A stretch of 64,000 nucleotides of DNA from Eledone cirrhosa (GCA_964016885.1 OZ024744.1:82150001-82214000); one strand, 5' to 3'; shown: positions 50,295 to 62,606, numbered from the stretch's first letter. The notes: generated by a model from the sequence alone, not told the origin. Numbers and translations are program-made.

Positions 50295-53200
50295 ATGGCC
50301 AATATAAGAGTTGGATGTGTGAATGTACGCGGCCTGGGGATGCCCTGGAAACAGGGCAAACTCTTAAACGACCTCAGGTCGCACAGTTTGGATGTGGTAG
50401 CCATTTGCGAGTCCAGGATCCACGGCGAGCGACAGCTGGCCCCCATCTTCGATGACTTTGAGATCTACGCATCTCTCTGTCAACCGGGGGGTGGGGGCGG
50501 AGTTGCCGTTTTGCTGCGGAAACACCTGGGCCTCGTAACACAGACGGTACATCTGGACCCGGAGGGTCGACTGGTGGTCCTAGACGTTGACGGTAGTGAA
50601 GGTGGAGCGTTCAGGCTGGTGGCCGCATATGCCCCATCCGGGACACCGCGGCCAGACTTCTTCAAACGTCTAGAGACTTTTCTGGGAACGTCCCGCTCCT
50701 TGCTTTTAGTGGGGGACTGGAATGGAATCCTAGATGCACGTTGGGACTATGTGGGAGCATGTCCCGATAAAGGGGGGTGTAACAGCCTCAAACAGTTAAT
50801 CGACCGATTTGACCTGGCCGATAGATATCGACTAGATTTTCCGACTGCGCCACTGTGGACGTGGAGTAATCGTAGCGGAACATCTAGATCGTACCTAGAT
50901 AGGGTTCTAGTTAGAAATAAGGATAGGGACATGTTAAGCTGTCCACAAATGTTCATGGTTGCCTATTCAGATCACAAACTAGTGACCTGCATGGCCAACC
51001 TTGATAGAACCCATAGACAAGGACCCGGCTACTGGAAGCTGAACTTGTCGTTACCGACAAGCAAAGCCTACAGTAGACGGATTAGCACTTTAGTTAAACA
51101 GCACTTGACAGGGGCCATTGTCAACAACAGATGGTGGTACTCTCTCAAGAGGGCAGTTAGATTAGACTCGATAGTTTTTAGTAAAGAATTAGCGTTAGAT
51201 AGAAATAGAACCGAGAAGGAACTGGTAGATAAAGTAGAAGAGGCAATTAGAAGTGGCAACGTAGCCAGCGTGCTAGCAACGAGAACGGCCTTGGACCAGT
51301 TCTTCGACGCAAAGCACGAGGGCTGCGTTGTCAGAAGCAAAATACGTGCTCTGGGAAACGAGGGAGCCAAAGCTGTTAGCTGGGCCCGAGTGACGGAGGC
51401 AAAAAGTGGCAACAAGTCCACGATTCGGTCTTTGAAGGACCAAAACGGACGCGTGATACGTGAGCCGAAGCAGATGTGTGCGGCTTTTCAGCGGCACTTT
51501 GCTCGGCTGTTCGGGGGGAGCGGCGCGCCGGGAGAGGCTATGGATTTCGGTCCATACCTCGACGGCCTACCGCGACTCTCGGACAGCGAGGCGAAGTTCT
51601 GCGAAAAGCCGATTTCAGCCACTGAGATAGGGGACGCGCTGAGCCAATGCGGCAAACGCAAATCTCCAGGTCTCGACGGTCTACCCTACGAATTTTACGT
51701 AGCAATGCCGGACTTATTCTCCGGTCTCCTGGAAGCGGTCTACTGCAACTGGCAACAGAACGGGAGAATTCCCAGTTCTGTAACCGGGGGCGTGGTCACA
51801 CTAATCAGGAAGGACGAGAATAAGGGGGATGACATAGGCAACTTCCGGCCCATAACTCTGCTAAACACAGAGTTACAGATTTTGGCCAAGGTGTTGGCAA
51901 AGAGGCTGGCGCTTGTCGTCGAGAACCTGGTGGGAGAAGCGCAGACATGCGCGATCCCGACCAGGTCCATACACGACAACCTCCACCTCATGCGATACAT
52001 CATAGAGAGGGTAGGGTGTAAACCCGGCTTCGGTGGGGCCCTGATCAACTTGGATCAGTCTAAGGCTTTCGATAGGGTTGACCATCGTTACCTGGATGCG
52101 GTGCTCGAGGCGGCAGGCTTCGGACCCGTGTTCAGGGGCTGGATTGCTGCAATGCACAACAGCAACATCTGCTCAAGGGTCAAGGTGAACGGTTACCTCT
52201 CGGAGCCGTTCCATATTACGCGATCCATTCGACAGGGATGCCCTCTCTCCTCCCTTCTGTACGTACTGACTCTCGAGCCACTACTGCGGAAGCTGGAGCT
52301 ATTGCAGGGCATCCCTCTGGAACCGGGACTGCGGAAAGCGGCGTCGGCCTACGCCGACGACGTGACAGTAATGGTGTCGAGCGCCTCGCAAATCGAGGAA
52401 GTCGGCACCTTACTAAAGGAATACGAAAGTCTCACAGGAGCGAAGCTGAACCGGGACAAGTCCATCGGTTTGCAACTCGGATCGTGGAGAGGCAGACCGA
52501 TGCCTTCCGATGGCGTCGTCGGACGCTGGACGGAAGGACCGGTAAAGCTGCTCGGGGTCTGGTTTGGTCCGGACCTCCAGGTGGAGAAGAACTGGAACGA
52601 AGTGACGGCCAAGGTGTTTGCACTCACCCAGAAGTGGGCCGAGTGCAAACTATCCTTGAAAGGTCGAGCGGAGGTGGCGAACACTTTTATAGCGTCCGCC
52701 ATCTACTACCGCTTGACCGTCGTGCCTTGTCCAGCCAAAACGCTCGCCAAAATGGAGCGCGCCCTCTTCCGATTCCTTTGGAAGAGGCGGGCTCCTTTGG
52801 TAAGAAGATCCATCTGCTGCCAACACCCTTCTAACGGAGGGCTGGGGATGCCGTGGTTGACGATGCGCAAACACGCGCTCAGGCTGCGGCATCTCTACGT
52901 ATTCCTCACCGGACAACCGGTGTGGGCCCCGTTCGTGAGGCGAGCCTTCCCACGACTCGTCTCGCTGACCGAGCTGCAGTCCTGGGTCAAGCAGAGACCG
53001 AGGAAAATGGGCGACTGGCACATCGAATGTGCTCAGGCGCTCACAGCCCTCTGGCAGGCGGACCCGGCGATCAGTGGAGACTCCACTTCGTCATTCTATA
53101 GAGGGTTGGTCCGCAGCAAGTGCGACGACGCGCTCGGTGAAACTCTAGGCGTGGAGGAAGATGAACTGGCCAGTCTGTTCGGTAGGACCTTCCGCCCGGG

Positions 53201-53732
53201 ACCGATGGACAACTTCCAAAAGTCCCTGGCCTGGCAGTGCTACCGAGGAGCTCTACCAGTTCGAGACAAGCTCTACAGACATGGGCGCCCGGGAAGGGAC
53301 CCTGCAAAAAAGATCTGTCCGAGGTGCGTGCGAGACGAAGAAACCGTCGCGCACGCATTCATACACTGCCCGGGCGTCACTGACCTGTGGGGCTATGTAG
53401 AACGACTATTGTCGCGGGTGGGACCAATCCAGTTGACCACCGAGTCCATTGTCATGATCAAACCGCCACCCTCCTTCAAAAACGAAGGAGAGGCGGTTTT
53501 CCTTTGTGTGATAGCTATGGCGAAAGAGGTTGTATGGTGGACAAGGTTGAAAGGGCTGAGGTCAGACACCTTTCTCTCCGGCCAACAACTGATTCTTTTT
53601 TTCAAATACCACTTTGGAAGAAGAATCAGGATGGAGAGAGAGGTGCTGTACCCCAGCAAGTTTTATGAAAGGTGGGTGAAAGTGGCGAGAATGGCCCGAG
53701 TGAATGGGCCTTCTCTCTATATCAGCCTGTAG
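50295..53732 (+). CDS. Tx1 ORF2 (AP endonuclease + RT + C-terminal Zn finger)
   Basis: 1145 aa; NVRGL, GDWN, YLDR, SDH, GPGYWKLN, QGCPLS, YADD, CPRC..ETVAHAFIHC. Confidence 0.97.
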   Translation: MANIRVGCVNVRGLGMPWKQGKLLNDLRSHSLDVVAICESRIHGERQLAPIFDDFEIYASLCQPGGGGGVAVLLRKHLGLVTQTVHLDPEGRLVVLDVDGSEGGAFRLVAAYAPSGTPRPDFFKRLETFLGTSRSLLLVGDWNGILDARWDYVGACPDKGGCNSLKQLIDRFDLADRYRLDFPTAPLWTWSNRSGTSRSYLDRVLVRNKDRDMLSCPQMFMVAYSDHKLVTCMANLDRTHRQGPGYWKLNLSLPTSKAYSRRISTLVKQHLTGAIVNNRWWYSLKRAVRLDSIVFSKELALDRNRTEKELVDKVEEAIRSGNVASVLATRTALDQFFDAKHEGCVVRSKIRALGNEGAKAVSWARVTEAKSGNKSTIRSLKDQNGRVIREPKQMCAAFQRHFARLFGGSGAPGEAMDFGPYLDGLPRLSDSEAKFCEKPISATEIGDALSQCGKRKSPGLDGLPYEFYVAMPDLFSGLLEAVYCNWQQNGRIPSSVTGGVVTLIRKDENKGDDIGNFRPITLLNTELQILAKVLAKRLALVVENLVGEAQTCAIPTRSIHDNLHLMRYIIERVGCKPGFGGALINLDQSKAFDRVDHRYLDAVLEAAGFGPVFRGWIAAMHNSNICSRVKVNGYLSEPFHITRSIRQGCPLSSLLYVLTLEPLLRKLELLQGIPLEPGLRKAASAYADDVTVMVSSASQIEEVGTLLKEYESLTGAKLNRDKSIGLQLGSWRGRPMPSDGVVGRWTEGPVKLLGVWFGPDLQVEKNWNEVTAKVFALTQKWAECKLSLKGRAEVANTFIASAIYYRLTVVPCPAKTLAKMERALFRFLWKRRAPLVRRSICCQHPSNGGLGMPWLTMRKHALRLRHLYVFLTGQPVWAPFVRRAFPRLVSLTELQSWVKQRPRKMGDWHIECAQALTALWQADPAISGDSTSSFYRGLVRSKCDDALGETLGVEEDELASLFGRTFRPGPMDNFQKSLAWQCYRGALPVRDKLYRHGRPGRDPAKKICPRCVRDEETVAHAFIHCPGVTDLWGYVERLLSRVGPIQLTTESIVMIKPPPSFKNEGEAVFLCVIAMAKEVVWWTRLKGLRSDTFLSGQQLILFFKYHFGRRIRMEREVLYPSKFYERWVKVARMARVNGPSLYISL

Positions 53733-53971
53733 GTTGAGGAAAAGGAGGAGGAGAGGAAAGGAGTACAAGCTCTTCGTACTCCTGGAGATGAGGGTTGCAC
53801 ATTTTTTTCGGGGGTCTGTGTTACCCATATAAACTGTCTCCCTCTATTGGGGAAAATCGACTAACTTTTAAATTCCATCTGTGATAACATTTTACACGTT
53901 TTTATTGTATGTAAACTTCCCCCTTTGTATTTGTCCCCTTCTTTTGTGCCCCTGTGGCTAATAAAGAAATA

Positions 53972-54047
<76 letters not shown>

Positions 54048-54278
54048 AAATCTAGCTGTCGTCTGTTCTACAGTGTGGATGTCATTCACTTCGCACAGAA
54101 GTTTTGTTCAAATTTATTGAGGAAATTTTGTGAGTTCAAACTTAATTTTGATACAATTGTGTAGCTTGACCCTCCGTCTGAACTGTCAGGCGGTGGGTCA
54201 GCTCATCTTTACCCCTCCTAGAGGTGAAAAACCTGTTTTAAAAAATTTTGTGTAAAAAATTTCAATCGTCTAACAGAA

Positions 54279-56179
54279 ATGTTAAACGCAGCGAACGAAA
54301 ATAGTGGTGGGGGGACAGCGGTAAGAGTTGTAAGCTCGCACGCTTTAGTCCTCCCTTCCTTCCCAACTAACGTCATAGAGAAGGAAGGAAAAATTAAAAT
54401 AAAAACAGACGAATCTGCGGAGAAAAAATTAAATGACGAAAACACAAATCTGGACTTGGATTCCAACAACGAAAAAAAAAATTTGAAAAATTGCATGACA
54501 ATACTAATAACACAAACAAAGACACAACAAACAAAAAAATAACAGTTGAAAATAACACCATATCAGAAAACAAAGCAGACGACAAGATTTCATTTGCACA
54601 GAAAACAAAGAAATCTTTGACTTATATAGCGGAAAACATTTCAGATGTGGTACGAAGGATCACGGACGCCAAACAATACATAAGTGAAGGAGAGAATGGT
54701 ATTTTATCGGTAAAAATGCCTCAAGAATTCACGAAAGACATTGAAAGCCGAACGGTCAAGTTTCGGACCATCAACAACAGTACAAAAAAACCTGAACAGC
54801 CTTCTCAAGCAGATATCAAAACAGTACTCACAGAAGTACTTAATGAAACCACTTTCATAAGAAAAGACAGACTGTATGGAAGCCTAGCAATTATCATGAA
54901 GAACGAATCGGCGGCAAAAAAATGTGCTTTGTCACCGATTCGTTCGAAAAATTTCACCTTTTATCCATCTTATATGGGGAAAAGAACTCAACGCATATGG
55001 CTGGATGCAATGATGCCAGATGTGGACTACTGCTGGCTCATAGCTGGCTTCATCGATCCAGTGAATGACAACGTGATTTCCATTGGGAAAACCACAGGCA
55101 ATGCGTTCAGTGGAACAGGTATAGAGCTGGTAGTACAAATGAAGCCTGAACGCATCGCCCAAATACCCGACAGAATCCTATTAGAGGACCACGGGTATAT
55201 AAACATTAGCGTGGAGGGGAGAAGGCCGTCCTGCCATATCTGTGCAGGCAGAGGGCACCTGAAGGCCGCTTGTCCCCAACTCAACAAAAAGAAAACCCTG
55301 CTACCAACACCAGCTCCACCACCACCACCACAACAGATAAACAAACAACAAAACTCAGTCCCACCCAACCCGTCCCTCAGTAAAACCACAACACCACCAC
55401 AACACAAACAGTCACAACACATTACCCCAAAACAAAATACAGGCCCACCCAACCTCTCACTCAATAAAACAACACAACCACCGCAGACACAACACACAAC
55501 ACAGTCTAACATAGTGACATCCATCTCCCCCACAAAGAAAACCAACACGGAAACATTACCAGCAAACATACCTCTTCCCTCCAACACTGAAGATAACCCA
55601 ACGAATTCGGAGGAAGAAACGGAGTCCTTCAGACAGATTAAAAGGAAAAAAAGAAAACATGTGCAAAACACACAAGGACAAACAACCCCCACCCAAATCT
55701 CAACACAATCCAACAAAACAGAAAACACCCCTCCAGCAACAAACAAAACCAAACCTTCCCCTCCCCTCTTCGAAACACTCACACCATCGGAAAAAAAGAC
55801 ATTACACTATACTTACATCAACAGAAACAATAATAAATTAAATGAGCTCATATACAATAATGCTTCGGTACAAACCGAAGGTGTAAACTTTGTTTCGTCA
55901 GAAAACTACCCACATTAAAAACTAATAAAGATCCCAATGAACCTCTACCAAAAAATAAAAAAGGATTTTAAGGAGGACGTAGGACCACCCTCTGTCAAAC
56001 CCATAAACCGCGTCCTACTAAAAAGCTTTCCCCCTACCCTTCCCCTCCCCAACACAACTCCAAACACCCCAACCCTACCACACACTGACGACCCCACACC
56101 ACCACAAGACACCCCTTCACCCAACACCCCCGACCCCATGGAAGTCGTGCAACCCGAACCCCGGGAAGCGGAAAGGTAG
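54279..56179 (+). pseudogene. Tx1 B ORF1, with one frameshift and one in-frame stop
   Basis: Pieces 54279-54542, 54491-55918 and 55937-56179 are collinear with A ORF1 (CHICAGRGHLKAAC). The shift is near the A-run 54472-54481, and TAA 55916-55918 lies where A has Leu. Confidence 0.85.
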
Positions 56180-56212
56180 GTCTCTACACTCTCCTTTGGC
56201 TCTGCCGCCCAC

Positions 56213-59200
56213 ATGGATGTGTTAAGAGTAGGATGTTTGAATGCACGTGGCCTGGGCTCAACTTGGAAGCAAGCAAAGCTTCTAAATGACCTCAGGTCAT
56301 GTAGTATAAATGTAATGGTTATCTGTGAGACTCGAATCAGCGTCGTGCGGCAGCTGGCCCCCACCTTCGATGACTTTGAGGTGCATGCATCTCTCTGTCA
56401 ACCTGGAGGTGGGGGTGGGGTTGTCGTACTGCTGCAAAAACACCTGGGTCTTGCCGTACAGGTTGTGCACTCGGACCCGGAGGGTCGTTTGTTGGTGCTA
56501 GACGTTGGCAGTAGTGAAAGTGCGGCCTTGAGACTGGTCGCCGTCTACTCCCCTTTCGGAGCTGAACGGCCCGACTTCTTCCAGCGTTTGGAGACTTTTC
56601 TGGGAACGTCGCGTTCCCTGCTTCTAGCGGGGGATTGGAATGACATCCTGGATGCACGTTGGGACTATGCAGGAGCATGTCCTAATAGAGGGGGGTGTAA
56701 CAGCCTCAAGGGGTTACTCGACCGTTTTAACTTGGTCGATAGATATCGACTAGATTTTCCAACTGTGCCTACCTGGACTTGGAGAAACCACAGTGGTCAA
56801 TCTAGATCGTACTTAGATAGATTCTTAGTTAGAAGTAAGGATAGGGACATATTAAGCTGTCCAGAAATGCGCACGGTTGGCTACACGGATCACAAATTAG
56901 TGACCTGCGTGGTCAATCTCGAGAAAACACATAGACAGGGTCCCGGTTACTGGAAACTTAATTTGTCTTTACCGGCAAAAGAGACTTACAGAAACCGGAT
57001 TAGCAGATTAGTTAAGGAGAGGTTGACGGGTGCAATCGTCAACAACCGATGGTGGGCATCTCTCAAAAGAGAGATTAGAACAGAATCAATAAGTTATAGC
57101 AAGATGTTAGCTGCCGATAGGAATAGAAACGAGAAAGAATTAACAGGTAAATTAGAAGAGGCAATCAAGAGCGAAGATGTGGCCAGAGTGCTGGCATCGA
57201 GGACGGCCTTGAACCAGTTTTTCGATGCAAAGCACGAAGGCTGCGTCATCCGAAGTAAAATACGTGCTCTAGGTAATGAGGGGGCCAAAGCCGTTGGCTG
57301 GGCCCGCGTGACAGAAGCTAAGAGTGGAAATCGATCCACCATCCGGTCGTTGCAAGACGAAGATGGACGGGTGATCCGGGAGCCTAAGCAGATGTGCGAG
57401 GCCTTTCAAAGACACTTTGCCCGATTGTTCGGGGGAGGCGGGGGTCCGGGCGGGGGCGTGGATTTCGGTCCATACCTCGACGGCCTGCCGCGTCTCTCGA
57501 GCGAAGAGGCAGAGTCCTGCGAGGGACCAATCTCGGCTGATGAGATCGGAGATGCGCTGAGCCAATGCAGCAGACGCAAATCTCCAGGTCTCGATGGTAT
57601 ACCTTACGAACTTTATTTAGCAATGCCGGTCTTCTTCTCCGAACTCCTCGAAGCGGTCTACTGCAATTGGCAGCAGAACGGGAGAATTCCTTGTTATGTA
57701 GCCAAGGGCGTAGTCACGCTGGTGAGGAAGGACGAGAACAAGGGGGATAATATAAATAATTTTCGGCCCATAACCCTGCTAAACACAGAGTTAAAGATTT
57801 TGGCCAAGGTGTTAGCAAAGAGGTTGGCGCTTGTCGTGGGTGGCCTGGTGGGAGATGCGCAGACATGTGCTATCCCATCCAGGTCCATTCACGATAACCT
57901 CCACCTCATGCGATACATCATAGAGAGGGTTGGCAACAAACCCGGCTTCGGTGGGGCCCTGATCAACTTAGATCAGTCTAAGGCCTTCGATAGGGTCGAC
58001 CATGGTTACCTGGATGCGGTGCTAGCGGCGGCTGGGTTCGGTCCTGTTTTCAGAGGCTGGATCACTGCCCTACATAGCAACCACATCTGTTCTAGGATCA
58101 AGGTGAACGGCTACCTTTCGAAGCCGTTCGAAATCACACGATCCATTCGACAGGGGTGCCCTCTCTCCTCCCTCCTGTACGTATTGACTCTCGAGCCTTT
58201 ACTGAGGAAGTTGGAGTTGTTGCAGGGTATCCCCCTGGAACCAGGATTGAGCAAAGCGGTGTCGGCCTACGCCGATGACGTAACAGTAATGGTATCAACC
58301 GACTCGGAGATCGAGGCGATCGGTACCTTACTGGAGGAGTACGAAAGGTTGTCAGGAGCGAAACTGAACCGGGAAAAATCCATCGGGCTGCAACTCGGAA
58401 CGTGGAGAGGCAGACCGATGCCTCCTGACGGTGTCGTCGGACACTGGACGGAGGGCCCGGTAAAGTTGCTTGAGGTCTGGTTTGGACCGGACCTCCAGGT
58501 GGAAAAGAACTGGAACGTGGTTACGAACAAGGTGTTTGCACTAACCCAGAAATGGGCCAAGTGTAAGCTGTCCCTAAAAGGCCGGGCGGAGGTGGCGAAC
58601 ATTTACATAGCGTCCGTCACTTACTACCGCCTGACTGTCGTGCCTTGCCCTAAGGAAACACTCACCACCATGGAACGCATGCTCTTCCAATTTCTTTGGA
58701 AGAAGCGTCCTCCTATGGTGAGAAGATCCATCTGCTTCCAACAACCTTCGAAAGGAGGGCTGGGGATGCCGTGGTTGATGATGCGTAGGCACGCATTAAG
58801 GCTACGGCACCTACAGGTATTCCTCACTGGTCAACCGGTGTGGGCTCCGTTCGTGAAACGAGCCTTTCCGAGACTCGTCTCGCTCACCCAGCTACAGTCC
58901 TGGGTCAAGAAAAGATCCGGAAAACTGGGAGACTGGCACACTGAGTGTGCTCAGGCGCTCAGGGCTCTCTGGCAAGCGGGCCAGGCCATCGGTGGAGAAT
59001 CCACCTCATCATTCTATAGAGGGCTGGTGGCTAGCAGGGGCGATGACACCCTTGGAGAGTCGCTGGACATGGAAGAAGACGAACTGGCCAGCCTGTTCGG
59101 TAGGACTTTCGGCCCAGGACCAATGGACAACTTCCAGAAGTCACTGGCCTGGCAGTGCTACCGGGGGGCTCTACCCGTTCGAGAGAGGCTCTACAGACAC

Positions 59201-59650
59201 GGGCGCCCGGGCAGGGATCCCTCAAAAAAGATTTGCCCTAGATGTGTGCGTCACGAAGAAACCGTTGCGCACGCATTGGTGCAATGTCCGGGTGTGGCTG
59301 ATCTGTGGGGCTACGCCGAACGACTGCTGTCGCGGGTGGCGCCGATTAAATTGACCGCCGAGTCCGTGATGACAATCAAACCGCCTCCCCTCTTCACAAA
59401 GGAAGCAAAGGCGGTTTTTCTGTGCGTAATAGCCATGTTGAAAGAGGTTGTTTGGTGGACACGATTGAAAGGTCTGAGGTCAGGCAACTTCCTCTCTGGC
59501 CATAGTCTGGTCTACTTCTTCCGATATCACTTCGGAAGAAGGATAAGAATGGAGAGAGAGGTGCTTGGCCACAGGCAGTTTTATGAAAGGTGGGTGATAG
59601 TGGCGAGAATGGCTCGTGTAAATGGGCCTTCTCTGTATACCATCCTGTAG
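56213..59650 (+). CDS. Tx1 B ORF2 (APE + RT + Zn finger), intact
   Basis: 1145 aa, collinear with A ORF2, all motifs present. Confidence 0.97.
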   Translation: MDVLRVGCLNARGLGSTWKQAKLLNDLRSCSINVMVICETRISVVRQLAPTFDDFEVHASLCQPGGGGGVVVLLQKHLGLAVQVVHSDPEGRLLVLDVGSSESAALRLVAVYSPFGAERPDFFQRLETFLGTSRSLLLAGDWNDILDARWDYAGACPNRGGCNSLKGLLDRFNLVDRYRLDFPTVPTWTWRNHSGQSRSYLDRFLVRSKDRDILSCPEMRTVGYTDHKLVTCVVNLEKTHRQGPGYWKLNLSLPAKETYRNRISRLVKERLTGAIVNNRWWASLKREIRTESISYSKMLAADRNRNEKELTGKLEEAIKSEDVARVLASRTALNQFFDAKHEGCVIRSKIRALGNEGAKAVGWARVTEAKSGNRSTIRSLQDEDGRVIREPKQMCEAFQRHFARLFGGGGGPGGGVDFGPYLDGLPRLSSEEAESCEGPISADEIGDALSQCSRRKSPGLDGIPYELYLAMPVFFSELLEAVYCNWQQNGRIPCYVAKGVVTLVRKDENKGDNINNFRPITLLNTELKILAKVLAKRLALVVGGLVGDAQTCAIPSRSIHDNLHLMRYIIERVGNKPGFGGALINLDQSKAFDRVDHGYLDAVLAAAGFGPVFRGWITALHSNHICSRIKVNGYLSKPFEITRSIRQGCPLSSLLYVLTLEPLLRKLELLQGIPLEPGLSKAVSAYADDVTVMVSTDSEIEAIGTLLEEYERLSGAKLNREKSIGLQLGTWRGRPMPPDGVVGHWTEGPVKLLEVWFGPDLQVEKNWNVVTNKVFALTQKWAKCKLSLKGRAEVANIYIASVTYYRLTVVPCPKETLTTMERMLFQFLWKKRPPMVRRSICFQQPSKGGLGMPWLMMRRHALRLRHLQVFLTGQPVWAPFVKRAFPRLVSLTQLQSWVKKRSGKLGDWHTECAQALRALWQAGQAIGGESTSSFYRGLVASRGDDTLGESLDMEEDELASLFGRTFGPGPMDNFQKSLAWQCYRGALPVRERLYRHGRPGRDPSKKICPRCVRHEETVAHALVQCPGVADLWGYAERLLSRVAPIKLTAESVMTIKPPPLFTKEAKAVFLCVIAMLKEVVWWTRLKGLRSGNFLSGHSLVYFFRYHFGRRIRMEREVLGHRQFYERWVIVARMARVNGPSLYTIL

Positions 59651-59884
59651 GTAAAGAAGTAAAGGAGAGGGGAGCACCTTCTCCATGTGCTCCCCGGGCA
59701 AAGGATTGCACACTTTTTCGGGGGTGTGTGCAACCCCCATCACGTCCCCTCCCTTTTGAGGTTATTTTCGATTATTTTCATGTTACACCCTTTTTACTCG
59801 ATTATATGTAAACTCCCCCTTTGTATTTGTCCCTTCTTTTTATGCCTTTATGGTAAATAAAGAAATCTATCTATCTATCTATAT

Positions 59885-60198
59885 AAAGATGGCTGAAAGT
59901 GGCGAGAATGGCCCGTGTGAATGGGCCTTCACTCTACATCATCTATAGGTGAGGAAGATGAAAGACCAAGGGAGCACTCCTTCTCTGTGCTCCCGAGGAA
60001 AAGGGTTGCACACTTTTTTTCGGGGGTGTGTGCGACCCCCTCTATTGAGGACTTTGTTATACATTTTATTTTTTGTTACATTTTATTTTATTTTTATATA
60101 TTGTTATTGCCTCCTCCTTATTGAGGACGCCTTGTTTTGTAAACTCCCCCCATTGTACTTGTCCCACTTTTGATGCCCTGGTGGCAAATAAAAGAAAC
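59885..60198 (+). mobile_element. 5'-truncated Tx1 copy C (last codons of ORF2 + 3' UTR)
   Basis: RWLKVARMARVNGPSLYIIL* then 3' end CCCTGGTGGCAAATAAAAGAAACATCTAT. Confidence 0.9.
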
Positions 60199-60322
60199 AT
60201 CTATATATCTACTTATCTATCGATCTATTAGTTTGTCTTTCCAGCTATCTATTTACATGTACATACATATATATATATATCTATTTACATATACATACAT
60301 ATATATATATATATATATATCT

Positions 60323-60439
<117 letters not shown>

Positions 60440-60643
60440 AATTTGCCTTGGTTGCCCTTGAAATATATATAATAAAATAATTATGGTTTTATAAATATAG
60501 TTTTCATTTATTAATATATTGTGTATTTACTCCACTAATTTGTTGAGTGCTTTATACCAGTTATAAAACTTTTAAGCTTGTTGGAATCCCAACAAATTAA
60601 ATATAACTTTTGCATATATTTATATACATATATTTATATATAT

Positions 60644-60674
<31 letters not shown>

Positions 60675-60823
60675 GTAATAATAATAAATTTGAAGACTAA
60701 AATCCAAAGAGGGCTCGATAAGGATAAATATATATCAAATATATAAGAACCGTATATATATATATACACATACATATATATATATGTATATACATACATA
60801 CATACATATATATATATATACAC

Positions 60824-60931
<108 letters not shown>

Positions 60932-61070
60932 GTGAGGGTGGCGTTAGAATAATAGAATGATGGGGGCGAATATGTGGGATGCCGTTTAATTTAAAGCAAT
61001 GACCTAATTTATTCGTATTCAATTGCATATATTTACAAACACACACACGTACACATACAAACACACACAT

Positions 61071-61141
<71 letters not shown>

Positions 61142-61406
61142 AAGAGAGGAAGAGTTGGGGGTGTGCAGTGAGAAACAACTTTGGAACTGGCACGATAGCA
61201 GTAGAAGTGAAATTTAAATGAGGTTTAGAATACGCCCTCCACACACGCATATACGCACACACATACACACACACACACGCGCAAACACACACGCGCGCAA
61301 CCCCCCCCCCCCCCCCCCCCACACACACAATACACACACACACATACACACATAAACACAAGGGATATACAGACACATACAAAACATACACGCACATTAT
61401 CAATGT

Positions 61407-61484
<78 letters not shown>

Positions 61485-61539
61485 GCATTTTTGTTTGGGT
61501 TGTTGATGAGTGATTGTATCAGTCTCTCTGTGAATCTAT

Positions 61540-61830
61540 TGTCGTTGATGGAACTCTGTCAGTTCCGCTGATGAGTCTTCCAGATGTTTTATCAACAGAA
61601 CAGCCTTCATGTGAAATCAACGTGCAAATAGCCGAGCATTCATCGGTATCTGACCTTAACGTGGTTCTGAAAAAAAAGTTAAGCATGACACAGTATGTGA
61701 ATCTCATAGTTAAAACTAATTGTTTTTCCTCAGCCGAGAGGACTGGAACAATGTGTAATAAAGACACCACGTACCACCAGGAATCGAACTCGCGAACTTG
61801 TGATAGTGATTTGAATACCTTAACTATTAA
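61540..61830 (-). mobile_element. Decayed SINE S2 copy
   Basis: Similar to 13680-13960; minus-strand B-box GAGTTCGATTCC. Confidence 0.65.
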
Positions 61831-62194
61831 TTCACACATCTTTTATATATAACGCTCCAAAAAGGTTGTAAATATACATAGAGTAGATTTTCTGAAATGT
61901 CATGTTGTGAGTTGAGATTATCAAAGGAAGTAATGGGCAAAAACCCACCTATAGTGATGTTTAACCCCCCCCCCCCCCCAAAAAAAAAAAAATTAGGCAT
62001 GAGAGATAACACTATTAAGATGAGCTAATGGAAATATAGTCAATGTAGATAGATTGATGTGAATCTGTCCTTTAAAATCAACTTGTGGAAGGAGCATGCC
62101 TGCTTGGGTATTATTAAACCCGAGTAACATATTTAAATTAGTTGGCATGACGTAGAGAAGTCATCAACACACACATGCTCATACATACATGCAT

Positions 62195-62226
<32 letters not shown>

Positions 62227-62606
62227 ACACACACACATATATATATATATATGGGATAACCAGTTATCATTATAGGTAATCCAGTTAGAGATTGTGAGTA
62301 CTCTGCGTCGTGAATAGTTTTAACGTAGGCATTGTTTGACTCAACAAGATGCTTCCATAGTTATGCAGCGAGTTCGCGGTAATTTCTATGCAGGTTATAC
62401 TTGGAGTAATAATACTTAAAGAATGAAAAGTAATATGGTTGGCTGTACAATAAGGGGCTTTATTTAAAGTACTGACAATTGTTTCGTTGCTCAGGTGAGT
62501 CTAGAGTTCGCTAATCGCTTGAGATTGCGTCAATCAATCTCCAATACATTATTTACCTCTCCAATACATTAGTTCCACGGCTGGGGAGTTGAAGAAAATG
62601 TAGTAC

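Larger units (their letters stand above)
48139..53969 (+). mobile_element. Full-length Tx1-clade element A, (ATCT)n on both sides
   Basis: 5' UTR, ORF1, ORF2 and a 3' UTR ending GTGGCTAATAAAGAAA. Confidence 0.95.
54048..59865 (+). mobile_element. Full-length Tx1-clade element B (divergent subfamily), (ATCT)n on both sides
   Basis: Same architecture as A, separated from it only by (ATCT)n 53972-54047. Confidence 0.95.

Noticed and set aside
52238-52834. Overlapping and antisense ORFs inside Tx1/Dong ORFs
   Set aside because: Shadows of GC-rich coding sequence, not consistently preserved between A and B
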